Virus record (IMG/VR): IMGVR_UViG_3300028591_000145 | DNA length: 33,664 nt | Source of the DNA: an uncultured virus (IMG/VR IMGVR_UViG_3300028591_000145) | Taxonomy: Duplodnaviria; Heunggongvirae; Uroviricota; Caudoviricetes | Direction: 5' to 3' (one strand) | Shown here: positions 15,996 to 26,500 of the stretch, piece by piece | How positions within the stretch are numbered: position 1 is the first letter of the stretch | How the letters are laid out: each line of letters starts with the position of its first letter | Program-made: the position numbers and the translations under genes | Notes under the pieces: model-generated | The model's database searches: none | What the model was told of the DNA's origin: nothing | The model's input: only the letters and a program-made list of their open reading frames with translations

Positions 15996-16205
15996 TATTC
16001 GTACTATTCACGATTGACGGAACTGTAACGAAAATAGAATGTATTTATGAAACGCGTTTCAAATCTCCTAGAATCGTGTTTTACAGTCCTACCCTATAAA
16101 GAGTACGCCTAAGCGCGTTTCGTTCAAAATAGACACGCTTCTCTTTGTGTATTATCAGTGTCGCGGAGATTCTAGCAAAACAACTTGCCCTAACTTTTTT
16201 CGGAA

Positions 16206-16551
16206 TTATCTTTTTCGACCCCTACCCTTTTTTGATAACTTGAAATCCGTGACTAAAGCATTCCTGTCATCAATGTACAGGTCTGCCCCTATCTTTCGTG
16301 GATCAGAACCATATCGTTCAATCATAAATGGTAAATTTTCATTGACCGCATCAAATTCGAGTCCTACCATTTTACACCAGTCAACAGCTTGTTGCAACAG
16401 TTCCCCTTCCCGGCAAGTCCATAGAATGACTTTATCTCCGTTAGTTCTGGATACCTTCAGGTATTCTATCAAATCTGTATTCGGCTCACCTATATACGGA
16501 TACTTGCCACAATGTAGCGTACCGTCAAAAGTCTACTGCGTATATACGCAA
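16206..16551 (-). pseudogene. HAD-family phosphatase (BT0820-like) with a +1 frameshift in motif I
   Basis: TTG start with AAGGTGG RBS: MRIYAVDF, extra T, then DGTLHCGKYPYIGEPN...ILWTCR...KIGADLYIDDR. Confidence 0.75.
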
Positions 16552-16628
16552 AATAACCACCTTCTTTCTGTATAAAAACTACCCCTATTCCGTAAAAAAA
16601 TTACGGAATAGGGATATATCTATACTGC

Positions 16629-16838
16629 TTATTCTTTTTTACCTGCGCTTTTCGCTTCTTCTTCCTGATAAATTTCATCTAAGCGGTTCGCAACGGCTTC
16701 TCCGATTTCACCTGCACATTCCAGAATGTCCTGTACGGCATTGAGAAAACCATTCCTACACCCGAAATAATATCCTAACAAATACGAAATTGTGACACAT
16801 CCCAAGCAAAGAACAACCATTACTACACCATTTCCCAT
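16629..16838 (-). CDS. Small membrane protein
   Basis: N-terminal hydrophobic segment; AAGGTGG RBS. Confidence 0.6.
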   Translation of the reverse strand: MGNGVVMVVLCLGCVTISYLLGYYFGCRNGFLNAVQDILECAGEIGEAVANRLDEIYQEEEAKSAGKKE

Positions 16839-17021
16839 TTAGCTACCACCTTCTTTTAACTGCTGATTGACTGAATCCTGTCTCTTCCTGTTTTTGTACT
16901 GCCTGTTTTCTGCACAATGAGCGCAGCCGCCGTGGTTTCTACAAGTCTTATCTATGGCTTTAGCCCCACGGTATTCTTTTCTGTGATCTTTACCGGATTT
17001 GATTGATTTGTCTAAGGACAT
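16839..17021 (-). CDS. Small basic Cys/His protein
   Basis: CRNHGGCAHC motif; GAGGT RBS. Confidence 0.65.
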   Translation of the reverse strand: MSLDKSIKSGKDHRKEYRGAKAIDKTCRNHGGCAHCAENRQYKNRKRQDSVNQQLKEGGS

Positions 17022-17034
17022 TTGTTTTACCTCT

Positions 17035-17529
17035 TCAGCTTATTTTTACAGCATATTGATTCGATGAAGCAAGTTTAACACCTAACGTACTGTCATATAC
17101 TTCTTCTGAATCTGGAACATACCGTCCGAATTTAACAATGATATTCTTATACTTTCTCAGGATATTTATATATGTCTGTATTTCATTTGAGTTATACCCT
17201 GTATAGATAACAATATCATCATCACGCTGGTATTTAATACGGAGTTCCGCGATAAATGAAAGCAATTCATCGAATGAATCAAATGGCTCTAAACCTTGAC
17301 AGACTATTGCGTGAGATATTTTATTGTTTATATACCGCTCGCACAGTTTATCTATATTTACCTCAATATCGGGCTGTTTTGCAATACTGGAATTCTGGCA
17401 TACTGGCTGACCACAATCATGTTCACACTTGAATGTACAGGTTGGAAAAACAAGTGTCATTGACGGACGCTTGTAGTTTACAAAGTCCTCGTCTATTATG
17501 CCTTTGAGAGTTATTGTATATTTTCCCAT
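17035..17529 (-). CDS. nrdG: Anaerobic ribonucleotide reductase activating enzyme (radical SAM)
   Basis: CTFKCEHDC...CQN, GLEPF, IYTGY, KFGRY, SSNQY; adjacent to nrdD. Confidence 0.88.
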   Translation of the reverse strand: MGKYTITLKGIIDEDFVNYKRPSMTLVFPTCTFKCEHDCGQPVCQNSSIAKQPDIEVNIDKLCERYINNKISHAIVCQGLEPFDSFDELLSFIAELRIKYQRDDDIVIYTGYNSNEIQTYINILRKYKNIIVKFGRYVPDSEEVYDSTLGVKLASSNQYAVKIS

Positions 17530-20486
17530 TGTCTTAACTTATATTCTTCTCTTCTCTTATCTGACCATGAACTGATTCGTGTCGCAAATCCAACTATCCT
17601 TGTATACTCGCAATCTACAGGTTCTCCGCACTCAGGACATATCTCACCATAAAATGCATGGTTATGTTTGCAAGCCTGAATTCTTGTGTTGAATGCAAAG
17701 TATGTAACACCATGATCTGCAATATAATTAACCATTTCCCACGCTTTATCAAAAGTGTCAAACGGCGAGTCGATATTTACATGGAGAATGCTGCCACCAT
17801 TACAATATCCGTCAAATTCAGAAGCAATCCTAATTCTTTCCTGTAATGTTGTTTTAATCCCGATTGGAATAAATTGATTACCATATAGCGGAAGGTCATA
17901 AATATCTGCATCTGGATAGAAATATTTGTCTTTCTGCATCAATTTATCTGCTGCTGATTCACCCGGTATTTGTTCAGTATTGATTTGATAATCACAATGA
18001 TTCTTTTCAATAAATTCGTCTGCGGCTTCACGCATTGTTTCAAAAATTTTCTTACCGAACTTAGATGCGTTTTCTGTATAATATATATTTCCGAATTCAT
18101 CTTTTTTAGTGTATCCGAGATGTTTCATTGATTCATAAATTCCAATAAACCCACATGTATTATACAAATATTGGAAATCAATCAATCCGTGTGTAAAATT
18201 AGGAAGAATACCTTTTTCAACGTTGCGTTTAATTATATGCCTAACAGCATGAAGCGCACACAAGATAATCGTTACGCGATGTTTTAGTTCTTTTAAATAT
18301 TCTTCTTCAGAATTCGTATCTAAAGCAATCCTTGCAAGATTTATAGTGTTTACTTTAACTGAACCAACTTTAAGGGCTGTGCCACCTATACTGTTAAAAT
18401 AGCCAAGATTTTTAATATCTGACTTTAACCTGCAATTATGTGTAATAACGCCGTTCGGAAGTGTAAAGTATGGATCATTTTCATCTTTCATTTCAAAGCA
18501 ATACACATAATCTTCATCGGTTTCGTATTTCTCGATATTGATAATTTTAAAGAATGTTGAATTATTCCGTTTAATATATACATCCTTTTGATTTCTTCTA
18601 TTACACGGTTCATACCATCTAATGCAGTACACAGGATAGTTTCTATTAAACGACTGCCCTCTTATAATTACTTCACCATCACCAGTTCTATCGGAAACAT
18701 TTATAATTGTGTTAATCCCAAGTGATGTGAATAACGCTTCAATATCACCAACCAATTTTTCCGAAGTCGTATAAATTCTATTTGAATTTCCACCGTCAGT
18801 TAAATAATATCCATCTATAATGCCTTTTCTAAACTCAACTGACTGAAGAATACAATCGAGATTTAATCTCTTTTCAAAACAATATTTACCAGATACAAAT
18901 TTTCTAATAAAGGCTGTGACTTTATTGCTTCGCAAACTTAACGGATAAACATTGTTGTATGTTTTCCCTAATGTGAATGTTTTTAATTCACCTATCTGTT
19001 GACATGCGATTTTTAGCAAGTCTTTTGACGCATTATATTTTTCTTCATTTAATGACAAATCAATCTGTGTGGAATATATAGATTCTTCATGACACATAGA
19101 ACCATCACCAAGATACATACCAATAAGAAGACCTTGTTCATATGTTAAAGAATCATCTACTTCTTTTACGGAATATAGTATACTGTTATTGAACATTAAA
19201 TAATCATTTAATGTCAAATCAGCAGTTACTACTTCACCGCGCTGAGTCATATTTATATGGTTATCTGTAACTAATATCTCTTTATTATTTGATGTTACAA
19301 TTCTATATAAAGGTCGTTTAGGCAATCTTATTACTTTCCCCTTTACCCAACTACCATTATTAAAGATTGTGAAATTGCGTTTAAAACCGTCATAAGGGGC
19401 TTCATATAGTTCTTTTAATGACATAAAATTCACACCGTCAGACGATTTTGATAATGTCATTTGTGAACCATCAAAACAACAATTAGATAATGACGTAACA
19501 GAAGAATCCACAAAAATGTTTGAATCATTCCATTGCATATTATGCTCAATAGCCCATCTTGCAAATTCTTCATCAACAAATTTACCATCTTTTCGTAAAA
19601 GAGATATTGTATTCACCGGAAATGTGAACATGTTAACTTTACGAATTTCAGCCATTACCTGCATATACCATTTTTGGAAATTGATAATGTCTTCCTCGTA
19701 GTCAATCATGAAACTTCCATCAGGGAAAACGCCGCCACCGAATAACGCTTCGAAATATTCATGATCAAATATAGAACTATTTACAAAGGCGGATTGGCTC
19801 CCGTCGCGTGCATACGGTTGATTTTCTGCAAAAATTAGACGTTGAAAATTCTGCTTTGCATAATATTCTTCATTATGACTTGTCTTAATTCCCATATAGT
19901 CATTGTCAACATCTTGTTTCCAGAAATAATACATATACGGAATTAAATTCGGCAAGCCAACTGCGCCGCTTGTTCTATTACATGCAAAACTAATAAACTC
20001 TTTTACGAAATCTACAAATGTAGTAAGATGTTTTGCTATCTGCGGATTCTGACCGTCAATAAAATACAACCCCTTTTCCGCTAAATCTGTTAAATCATAC
20101 GCAAAACAATATGATTTCATTGATGATGAAGGTGGATCATGCAAGTAACTTTCACCCACCCAATCCATTTCTAGCCATTCATTAGCAATGTCAATCCCGA
20201 ACATCTTGCTAATTTCATAGTGTATCTTGTTATATGCGAGTAATTTTGAATGTGGCTTTGGCATTTCTCTTTCAAGAGTAACTACATCTTTATTTGATAC
20301 ATTAGAACTAGAGTCTATGCTTGCGTCTGCCACAACATCCTTGTCTATGAAATTGTCGATAAAATCTGTGTAGCTAAGTTGCCCCTCACTGAATCCGTTC
20401 AGTCTGGCAATCCCTTCACCGTACTTTTTCTGCAATTCATTGTATTTTTCGGTAAAGGCTTCTTTCAAGTTAATTGTTATTTCCAT
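17511..20486 (-). CDS. nrdD: Class III anaerobic ribonucleoside-triphosphate reductase, intein-containing
   Basis: YLHD, YCF, SGAVG, FTFPV, SNC|CRL, GSVKVNTINLARIA, PGES, CPECG, YTRIVGF glycyl-radical loop. Confidence 0.95.
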   Translation of the reverse strand: MEITINLKEAFTEKYNELQKKYGEGIARLNGFSEGQLSYTDFIDNFIDKDVVADASIDSSSNVSNKDVVTLEREMPKPHSKLLAYNKIHYEISKMFGIDIANEWLEMDWVGESYLHDPPSSSMKSYCFAYDLTDLAEKGLYFIDGQNPQIAKHLTTFVDFVKEFISFACNRTSGAVGLPNLIPYMYYFWKQDVDNDYMGIKTSHNEEYYAKQNFQRLIFAENQPYARDGSQSAFVNSSIFDHEYFEALFGGGVFPDGSFMIDYEEDIINFQKWYMQVMAEIRKVNMFTFPVNTISLLRKDGKFVDEEFARWAIEHNMQWNDSNIFVDSSVTSLSNCCFDGSQMTLSKSSDGVNFMSLKELYEAPYDGFKRNFTIFNNGSWVKGKVIRLPKRPLYRIVTSNNKEILVTDNHINMTQRGEVVTADLTLNDYLMFNNSILYSVKEVDDSLTYEQGLLIGMYLGDGSMCHEESIYSTQIDLSLNEEKYNASKDLLKIACQQIGELKTFTLGKTYNNVYPLSLRSNKVTAFIRKFVSGKYCFEKRLNLDCILQSVEFRKGIIDGYYLTDGGNSNRIYTTSEKLVGDIEALFTSLGINTIINVSDRTGDGEVIIRGQSFNRNYPVYCIRWYEPCNRRNQKDVYIKRNNSTFFKIINIEKYETDEDYVYCFEMKDENDPYFTLPNGVITHNCRLKSDIKNLGYFNSIGGTALKVGSVKVNTINLARIALDTNSEEEYLKELKHRVTIILCALHAVRHIIKRNVEKGILPNFTHGLIDFQYLYNTCGFIGIYESMKHLGYTKKDEFGNIYYTENASKFGKKIFETMREAADEFIEKNHCDYQINTEQIPGESAADKLMQKDKYFYPDADIYDLPLYGNQFIPIGIKTTLQERIRIASEFDGYCNGGSILHVNIDSPFDTFDKAWEMVNYIADHGVTYFAFNTRIQACKHNHAFYGEICPECGEPVDCEYTRIVGFATRISSWSDKRREEYKLRQWENIQ
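18435..19478 (-). mobile_element. Intein (348 aa) with LAGLIDADG homing endonuclease
   Basis: Starts CFDGSQ; block B VTDNH; LIGMYLGDG and IIDGYYLTDG motifs; ends VYCFE...NGVITHN followed by extein Cys. Confidence 0.95.
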
Positions 20487-20679
20487 TCACACCTATCCAT
20501 TCAATCGCTTCTTTAAATCCAAAAGGTTTCCCGTCTACAGTCATCACCGGGGCAGTTACGAATCCCATTTCAATAATCTTCTTAGGATCGTTAACGACAC
20601 CGAATTTCAGACCTGCCTGATTAAGTTTGGTTTCGAGAACCTTACATCTCGGACAACCAGTTGTGTAAAGTGTAATCAT
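20470..20679 (-). CDS. Glutaredoxin/NrdH-like redoxin
   Basis: LYTTGCPRC...TAPVMTVDG. Confidence 0.88.
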   Translation of the reverse strand: MITLYTTGCPRCKVLETKLNQAGLKFGVVNDPKKIIEMGFVTAPVMTVDGKPFGFKEAIEWIGVNGNNN

Positions 20680-20732
20680 ATATTCGCCTTTCTGTGTATT
20701 TAATATATTTTCTGAATAGTTCTGTATATTCC

Positions 20733-20793
20733 ATTATATCACAAAAATCAATATGTAGCCACAACTAATCACTTTCCATGACTACATATTGTG
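20733..20793 (-). promoter_or_regulatory. nrd operon promoter with tandem NrdR-box-like sites
   Basis: Extended -10 TGATATAAT (20733-20741); cores CAATATGTAG (20749-58) and CTACATATTG (20782-91), 33 bp apart. Confidence 0.6.
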
Positions 20794-20813
20794 GAATACG
20801 GGAACTATTGATT

Positions 20814-21038
20814 TTACTGTGTTTCTTTGCTTTTATAGTCTGACCACGCAAAAAGTAATTCTGTGAATGTCACCTTTTCTGCCGTGTCGAACCATTCACG
20901 GAGCCAATCTACCGGGATCACATCGGCTTCAGGCATAGATTTCAAATCGTCACATACCTGTTTCAAAGTCGTATTTGTATTCGCCGGGTACGCCCCATTC
21001 CTGTCAATGTATTCATCAACGCAAATATATTTTTTCAA
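20814..21038 (-). CDS. Hypothetical protein related to the LPSAQ module family
   Basis: YIDRN...LKSMPEADVIPVDW. Confidence 0.65.
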   Translation of the reverse strand: MKKYICVDEYIDRNGAYPANTNTTLKQVCDDLKSMPEADVIPVDWLREWFDTAEKVTFTELLFAWSDYKSKETQ

Positions 21039-21349
21039 TTTTTCTTACCTTCCTGTAATTCTTTCAATTTTTTCTGAAACTTAGTTCTACTTTTTTCCCA
21101 TTTAGATAAGCCTTTTTTGATATTCCTTATCTGAATAGGAAGTAATGAATCGTAATCACCTATATTGCTCAATTCTTCAATCATTCTGTCAGCAAGTGCG
21201 ATTCTAGCTTTAAATCTTTCCTCTGGATCATCTGAGCAGCATCCGCATCCCACACATATTTCCCCGAATGATTCATACGGATTATAGCAATCTTTTTTAA
21301 CCTGAAAATCTATTACCATATTCAGCCATCCTCTTATACTACATGACAT
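21035..21349 (-). CDS. Hypothetical Cys-containing protein (start may be 21319)
   Basis: CYNP...CVGCGCC followed by coiled coil. Confidence 0.6.
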   Translation of the reverse strand: MSCSIRGWLNMVIDFQVKKDCYNPYESFGEICVGCGCCSDDPEERFKARIALADRMIEELSNIGDYDSLLPIQIRNIKKGLSKWEKSRTKFQKKLKELQEGKKN

Positions 21350-21794
21350 AAATTACTATAGGCATTTCGCACTGTGAAACGTATAAATGTTTTTCATCAG
21401 ATGAATAAAACTTGTATACTATCAGCGAATTTTCATATGTACCACGTTTCGGAACAGCCCTGAACTTAGCTTCTGAAATTACGTGTCCGGGTGAAAGAAA
21501 ATCTGATTCAAATAGTAAAGTACCGTCACCAAGATAAATTAGTATCTTCATGTCGTATTTGTTTTCACTTAGGTTTATGAAATCAACGGACTGCAATAGT
21601 TTTCCATACTTCAGGTAAATGCCTGTCTTAGCTTCAATTTTAACTTTCTTCTGTTCTTCTGGTGGCTCATATCCAAGGTCATCAGTAAATTTAATGTCTG
21701 GTTCAACGGAAGTTTGTTCTGAAATATTTGTAGTTGAACAAAACCACATGGTACATATAAATACAATAACGAAAATGATTATAACTTTACTCAT
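21339..21794 (-). CDS. Membrane-anchored or secreted hypothetical protein
   Basis: N-terminal hydrophobic helix and beta-rich remainder. Confidence 0.65.
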   Translation of the reverse strand: MSKVIIIFVIVFICTMWFCSTTNISEQTSVEPDIKFTDDLGYEPPEEQKKVKIEAKTGIYLKYGKLLQSVDFINLSENKYDMKILIYLGDGTLLFESDFLSPGHVISEAKFRAVPKRGTYENSLIVYKFYSSDEKHLYVSQCEMPIVIYVM

Positions 21795-22361
21795 TTGTTT
21801 TGTCCTTTTGTTTCTGTATTACCATTATTTGTATTTCCGCGTTCTGCATTTTCAAAAATACATTCATCTGTGCCTATAAAATGCATCCATGATGCAATCT
21901 TACATTCCTGATTCTTTAAATCGCGGACTAACATTGCTCTAAAACAACCTTCTGGGCAATGCTCTGTAGCATCTAAACAATGTGCATAATCGTGATTCAT
22001 ATGCGGTTTACATCTTCCGTACATTTTCTGATAGCACTTACTAATTCTGTTCCATCCACTTCAGCTACCTCATTTCCAATAACAATACTGACCGTATTTT
22101 TATCTGCAAATACATTTGATACAATCACCTTTGGACAATCAATATTCCCATTATAATAATTATCTATCTTACACTCTACATACATATTATTGTTTCATCC
22201 TTTCTTTCACGTAATGGGCAATCTGGTAACTTATGACCTTTCTTTATATCACAATCCCTTATATCGACATGTAACAATCCGCAGTAATATACCCAATCAT
22301 CAAAACTTAAATTCCACGCATCCCAATATTCGCAGTTAGGGCAATCAATCGGGAATTTCAT
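21791..22361 (-). CDS. Three small overlapping hypothetical ORFs (21791-22024, 21997-22185, 22176-22361)
   Basis: Coupled minus-strand ORFs, two of them Cys-rich. Confidence 0.55.
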
Positions 22362-22521
22362 TTTTCATTCTCCTGTAATACTTCAATCGCCATATTTAAA
22401 GCATCTAATATTTCATTTTCATTCATTACCAAAGCACAATTTTTACATTCTGTTCTTTCACACGTTTTAGATAAAACACAAGCAATTTCATTCTTTAATA
22501 TTTCAACTGCCCTCTGATGTG

Positions 22522-22845
22522 TTATTCTAGGCTTATAGGTTCAGGCATATCACACCATGCATCTACAGAATTAAATTTCAATGTACTATTCCATCTGAAT
22601 TGGCTCCATTTATGATCAACTTTCAAACAGCCTTCAGCTACATATGCTCCTTTTCCAACTGATAATAATACATTTGTATTGTAATCTGGCAACCGCTTAT
22701 CACATGATATCCAATTTAATGATTGTGCAGTTGGAACATTTTCAAGTACGCATGTAATGTCATCATCAAGAGCGTTGTCATCATTCGTATGTTCATCTAC
22801 TGTTCTAATTACATCGTCTTCATCTAATAATCTTCCCATCTTCAA
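22522..22845 (-). CDS. DUF551-like domain protein
   Basis: WISCDKRLP...VDAWCDMPEP. Confidence 0.7.
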   Translation of the reverse strand: MKMGRLLDEDDVIRTVDEHTNDDNALDDDITCVLENVPTAQSLNWISCDKRLPDYNTNVLLSVGKGAYVAEGCLKVDHKWSQFRWNSTLKFNSVDAWCDMPEPISLE

Positions 22846-23167
22846 AGTCCTTTGTTTTGTTCTCTTTATCGCACTGTTTTATTATCTTATTACATTCCTT
22901 TAAAATAGTTATTCCGTATATAATCACAAATAACAGTATTATTACAAATACCACTATACAGAAATCAATAAATTCTTCGCTCATATAATCACTCAGCGTC
23001 AATTACAATTAAAATTTAGTTCTATCATCCTATAACTCCAATCACAATATTTCCAAATGCCAATATCCCGGTCAAGCAAATATCGAATAAACCTATATGG
23101 TTAACTATGTTTATTATAAAACACACTAAACAAAATATACCAATAAAGAAATTGAGTTTGTTTTTAA

Positions 23168-23554
23168 TCATAATTCATTGTCCTTCGGTTTGTACGGTTT
23201 CGGCAACGGCATATATGCAATTATTTCTTCACATGTCTGTATTTTTGCGATTCTTCCGCAATCACACCATACCTCTTTGACATACGCTTTTCCTGTTTTT
23301 GTTCTGTACGTTATAAGAATATTGCAATTTACATTTTTTAAATATTCGTTATAGATATATACATTAGATTTACTGTTACATGGAATCCATCCATCATTGT
23401 AATACTGACTTGACATCGCCATATTCGCCGCTGACAATTTTGCAGACAATTCCTCAATCGTATCCGCGGCGTCATTTATTAGTTTTGCCAGTTCACCTTT
23501 ACGATCTTTCGCATAGGCTCGTAATTCATCAATCTGTTTACTTATCAGGCTCAT
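23168..23554 (-). CDS. DUF551-like domain protein
   Basis: GWIPC...IIAYMPLPKPY. Confidence 0.65.
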   Translation of the reverse strand: MSLISKQIDELRAYAKDRKGELAKLINDAADTIEELSAKLSAANMAMSSQYYNDGWIPCNSKSNVYIYNEYLKNVNCNILITYRTKTGKAYVKEVWCDCGRIAKIQTCEEIIAYMPLPKPYKPKDNEL

Positions 23555-26500
23555 CCTGTTCTCCTCTCATATCCGCGCCACAGTTCGGGCAGAAGTCTGT
23601 CATTTCGCCGCTCTTTGGCTCTGCTTTGCACTCTGAGCAGTACGGATAATAGCCGTCGGAATTGATAAGCCACTTTCCCGTCCTCGCCTTCGGCGTGGCG
23701 GATGAGCAACTAATAATTTTGTTAAAAGCAAAGTTATAAAGTGCCTTGTCCATTTTGCATGAGGTATTATACGGCTCAATACGTTTCAAAAACTCGTTTC
23801 TACTCACCGCATCTTCACACTCTGTATCATTTTCGTGGCTTCGCGAAAATGATTTCATCTCCCACTGACTATTATCATGGCATTCTGAACATGGTGACTT
23901 ATATGTTGGTCTGCCACTATACATGCAGTTTGAACAGCCTTTGTCATCCTCACGCGGTTCTGGTTCTCCACGAAGCTGTACAACAAGCGCATAAAGCTGA
24001 TGGATTCCTATTTTCTCTGCGAGATAATAAACATCTGCTCTTGGATCATCCTCGCACGGCTCAAGCCTTTTTGTATCTGTCTGCAAATTCACCTCTCTCA
24101 TATAATTCGCACCTTTCCATATCTGGTTTTCTGCATTTTTCTGTCTGCGTTTTTGAACGAACAATCATGCAACAGTATCCACGTCCGTCTTGCTTGTATC
24201 TATCAAGCCACATGCATTTATCGCAGTTCAATTTTGTTTCTCCCATAGCGAACAATAGTCATCTTCATAGTGTTCGTAATTTGATCCCCATGGACACGCT
24301 ATATTTATTTCTCCATTTTCCCATAAATGGCATGTCCTACACGTTTTTTCTCCGGCATCCTTGCACGGTTCTGGCTGTGCGGATTGTAGATTCTCGACAA
24401 TTTCCTCATATACATCATCAACTATAAACACTTCATTTTTTGGAAATTTCTTATCCGTATCGCAGAGTATTAGTTCTTCTGAAACGTATCTGTCCATCGT
24501 GTTAAGTTTTTGGATGATAGTGTTTCTGCTCACCGCATCCTCGCACGCTTCTGGCCGCTCCGATAGCACCTTAATAGCTTCTGACAATGTATGATACGCA
24601 TCGCGTTCATTTTCATCAAAGCAATTAAACTGGTTGCGTAGGTTTGACAATTTTTCAATTAAATCATTCATCGTCCTTCCTTTCCGCATATCCGCAATAG
24701 AAATCACCTGTATGTTCCATAACTAATTCAGAACTTATATGACATATATAAACATTGCCCCGACCAGAATGAACTCCGTGTTTACATTTATCACAGCGAA
24801 CAATCTCAGTACGTGCAGATGGTAAATCCATAAGATTCTTCCAGATATACATCAAACTGAATTTATATTTTCCATGAAGAACATCTTGTTCATACTGCTT
24901 GAGCCATTTGCTTACCGATTCTCTACTAACTGCATCATCGTACAGTTCTTGCTTCGATGCAACGGATGGAATCATCTCCACATATTTGATTGCCGTTTCA
25001 ACGCCTTTTATTTGTTCTGCCATGACAGGATATTTCTCCCATGCGGTTATCAGTTCTTTTAAATCATTCAAAAGTCTTTGTCTGCTCACCGCATCCTCGC
25101 ACGGTTCTGGCCGCTCTGGCTGCTCGGATGCAAATGTCATAAATCTGTCAATTATACGCTGATATTCCTCTGCTTCTTTCCATCTGTGCTGATTACAAAG
25201 TTCTTCCTTGTAAGCAGATAAGTGTATCCTGATTGTTTCAAAGTCATCATCGGCCAACCGTTCTGGTTGTGCGGATGGTAACTCATCAATATATGCCATG
25301 ATCCCGTCATAGTCATCTTTCGGCATATCGAGTGCATTTATGTATCCTTTGAAATCGTTTTTCCACGCTTCTATCGCCGTCTGTCTTTCAATCAGATCAT
25401 TGTTCATAATTATCATTCGTCCTTCTTCTACAGATTGTACAAGGGCTGCTGTAACCGTATTCAACTTCATTTTCCCACTTCCCATGATGCTTGCATCCAA
25501 CACAAGTAAGTTCAGGCTGTGTGGATGGCAACGCTTCTAACCGTTGCTTTATGGTCGTGTTGCGGTCATCCTTAAACACCGCATCAATCGCCGCCTGTCT
25601 GCTGATTATGTCATCCATCCTGTTCATCCTTCCATTTATTCACCATCACCGAAATCTGTACTGCCGTTAAAGTCGAAAAGACGTTATCCAGACTTTCCAG
25701 CCATTCAATATACGCTTCAATCCATTGTAACTGAATCGCAGGTTCTTGCTGTGCGGATGGCAAATTTGTAATAGCTTTTTTGCAACCGCGAATAGTAAAC
25801 ACTTGACTTGCCGTATCGACAACATCCTCATATGCGTTCAAAGCATCAATCACCACTTGCTGATCAATTAACTTGCTCATCAGTTCTCCTCTCCGCATAT
25901 CCACAATAAAAATCTGCTTTATGTTCTGAAACTAATTCATGGCTTACATTACAAATATAAATATCCCCGCAGCCGCTGTGTGTTCCATATTTACATTCAT
26001 AACATCTAATAATCTCAGGGTGTGCAGATGGCAAAGCACTAATTGCATCTAAAATCCTTTGTGTATTGCAGGCGTGTTTTTCAACTGCATCAATCGCCGC
26101 TTGCTTGTAAATCACAACGTCTTTTTGCATATCACAAACCCCTGTCTTTCCATTAACTCTAAAGCCTCACTATGCCATACCATAAAACCGTAAAACGTAT
26201 TCTCTGACATCGTTTTTGCGAAATCTTCTGCTTTTACTGGCTCATATTCGGGCTGTGTGGATGGCAAATTAAGCAACGTATAAACCTCTTCACACCATCT
26301 GTCTCCATCTTGAATCGTTGAACAGGTTCCCGGCTTATCAACGGTACATTTAGAGCATAACGCATCAATCGCCTTCTGCCTACTTACCATGTCACCGATA
26401 TTTATGTCGTGAACATCTTGTGCCTGAAGTGCGTAGATTGCCATATCGAACGCTTCTCTTAATTGTTCATAATAAACATCTGGATAATTTGCTTTCAGTA

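Noticed and set aside
23741..24427. 228-aa plus-strand ORF
   Set aside because: Antisense to densely packed minus-strand genes; low-plausibility composition.
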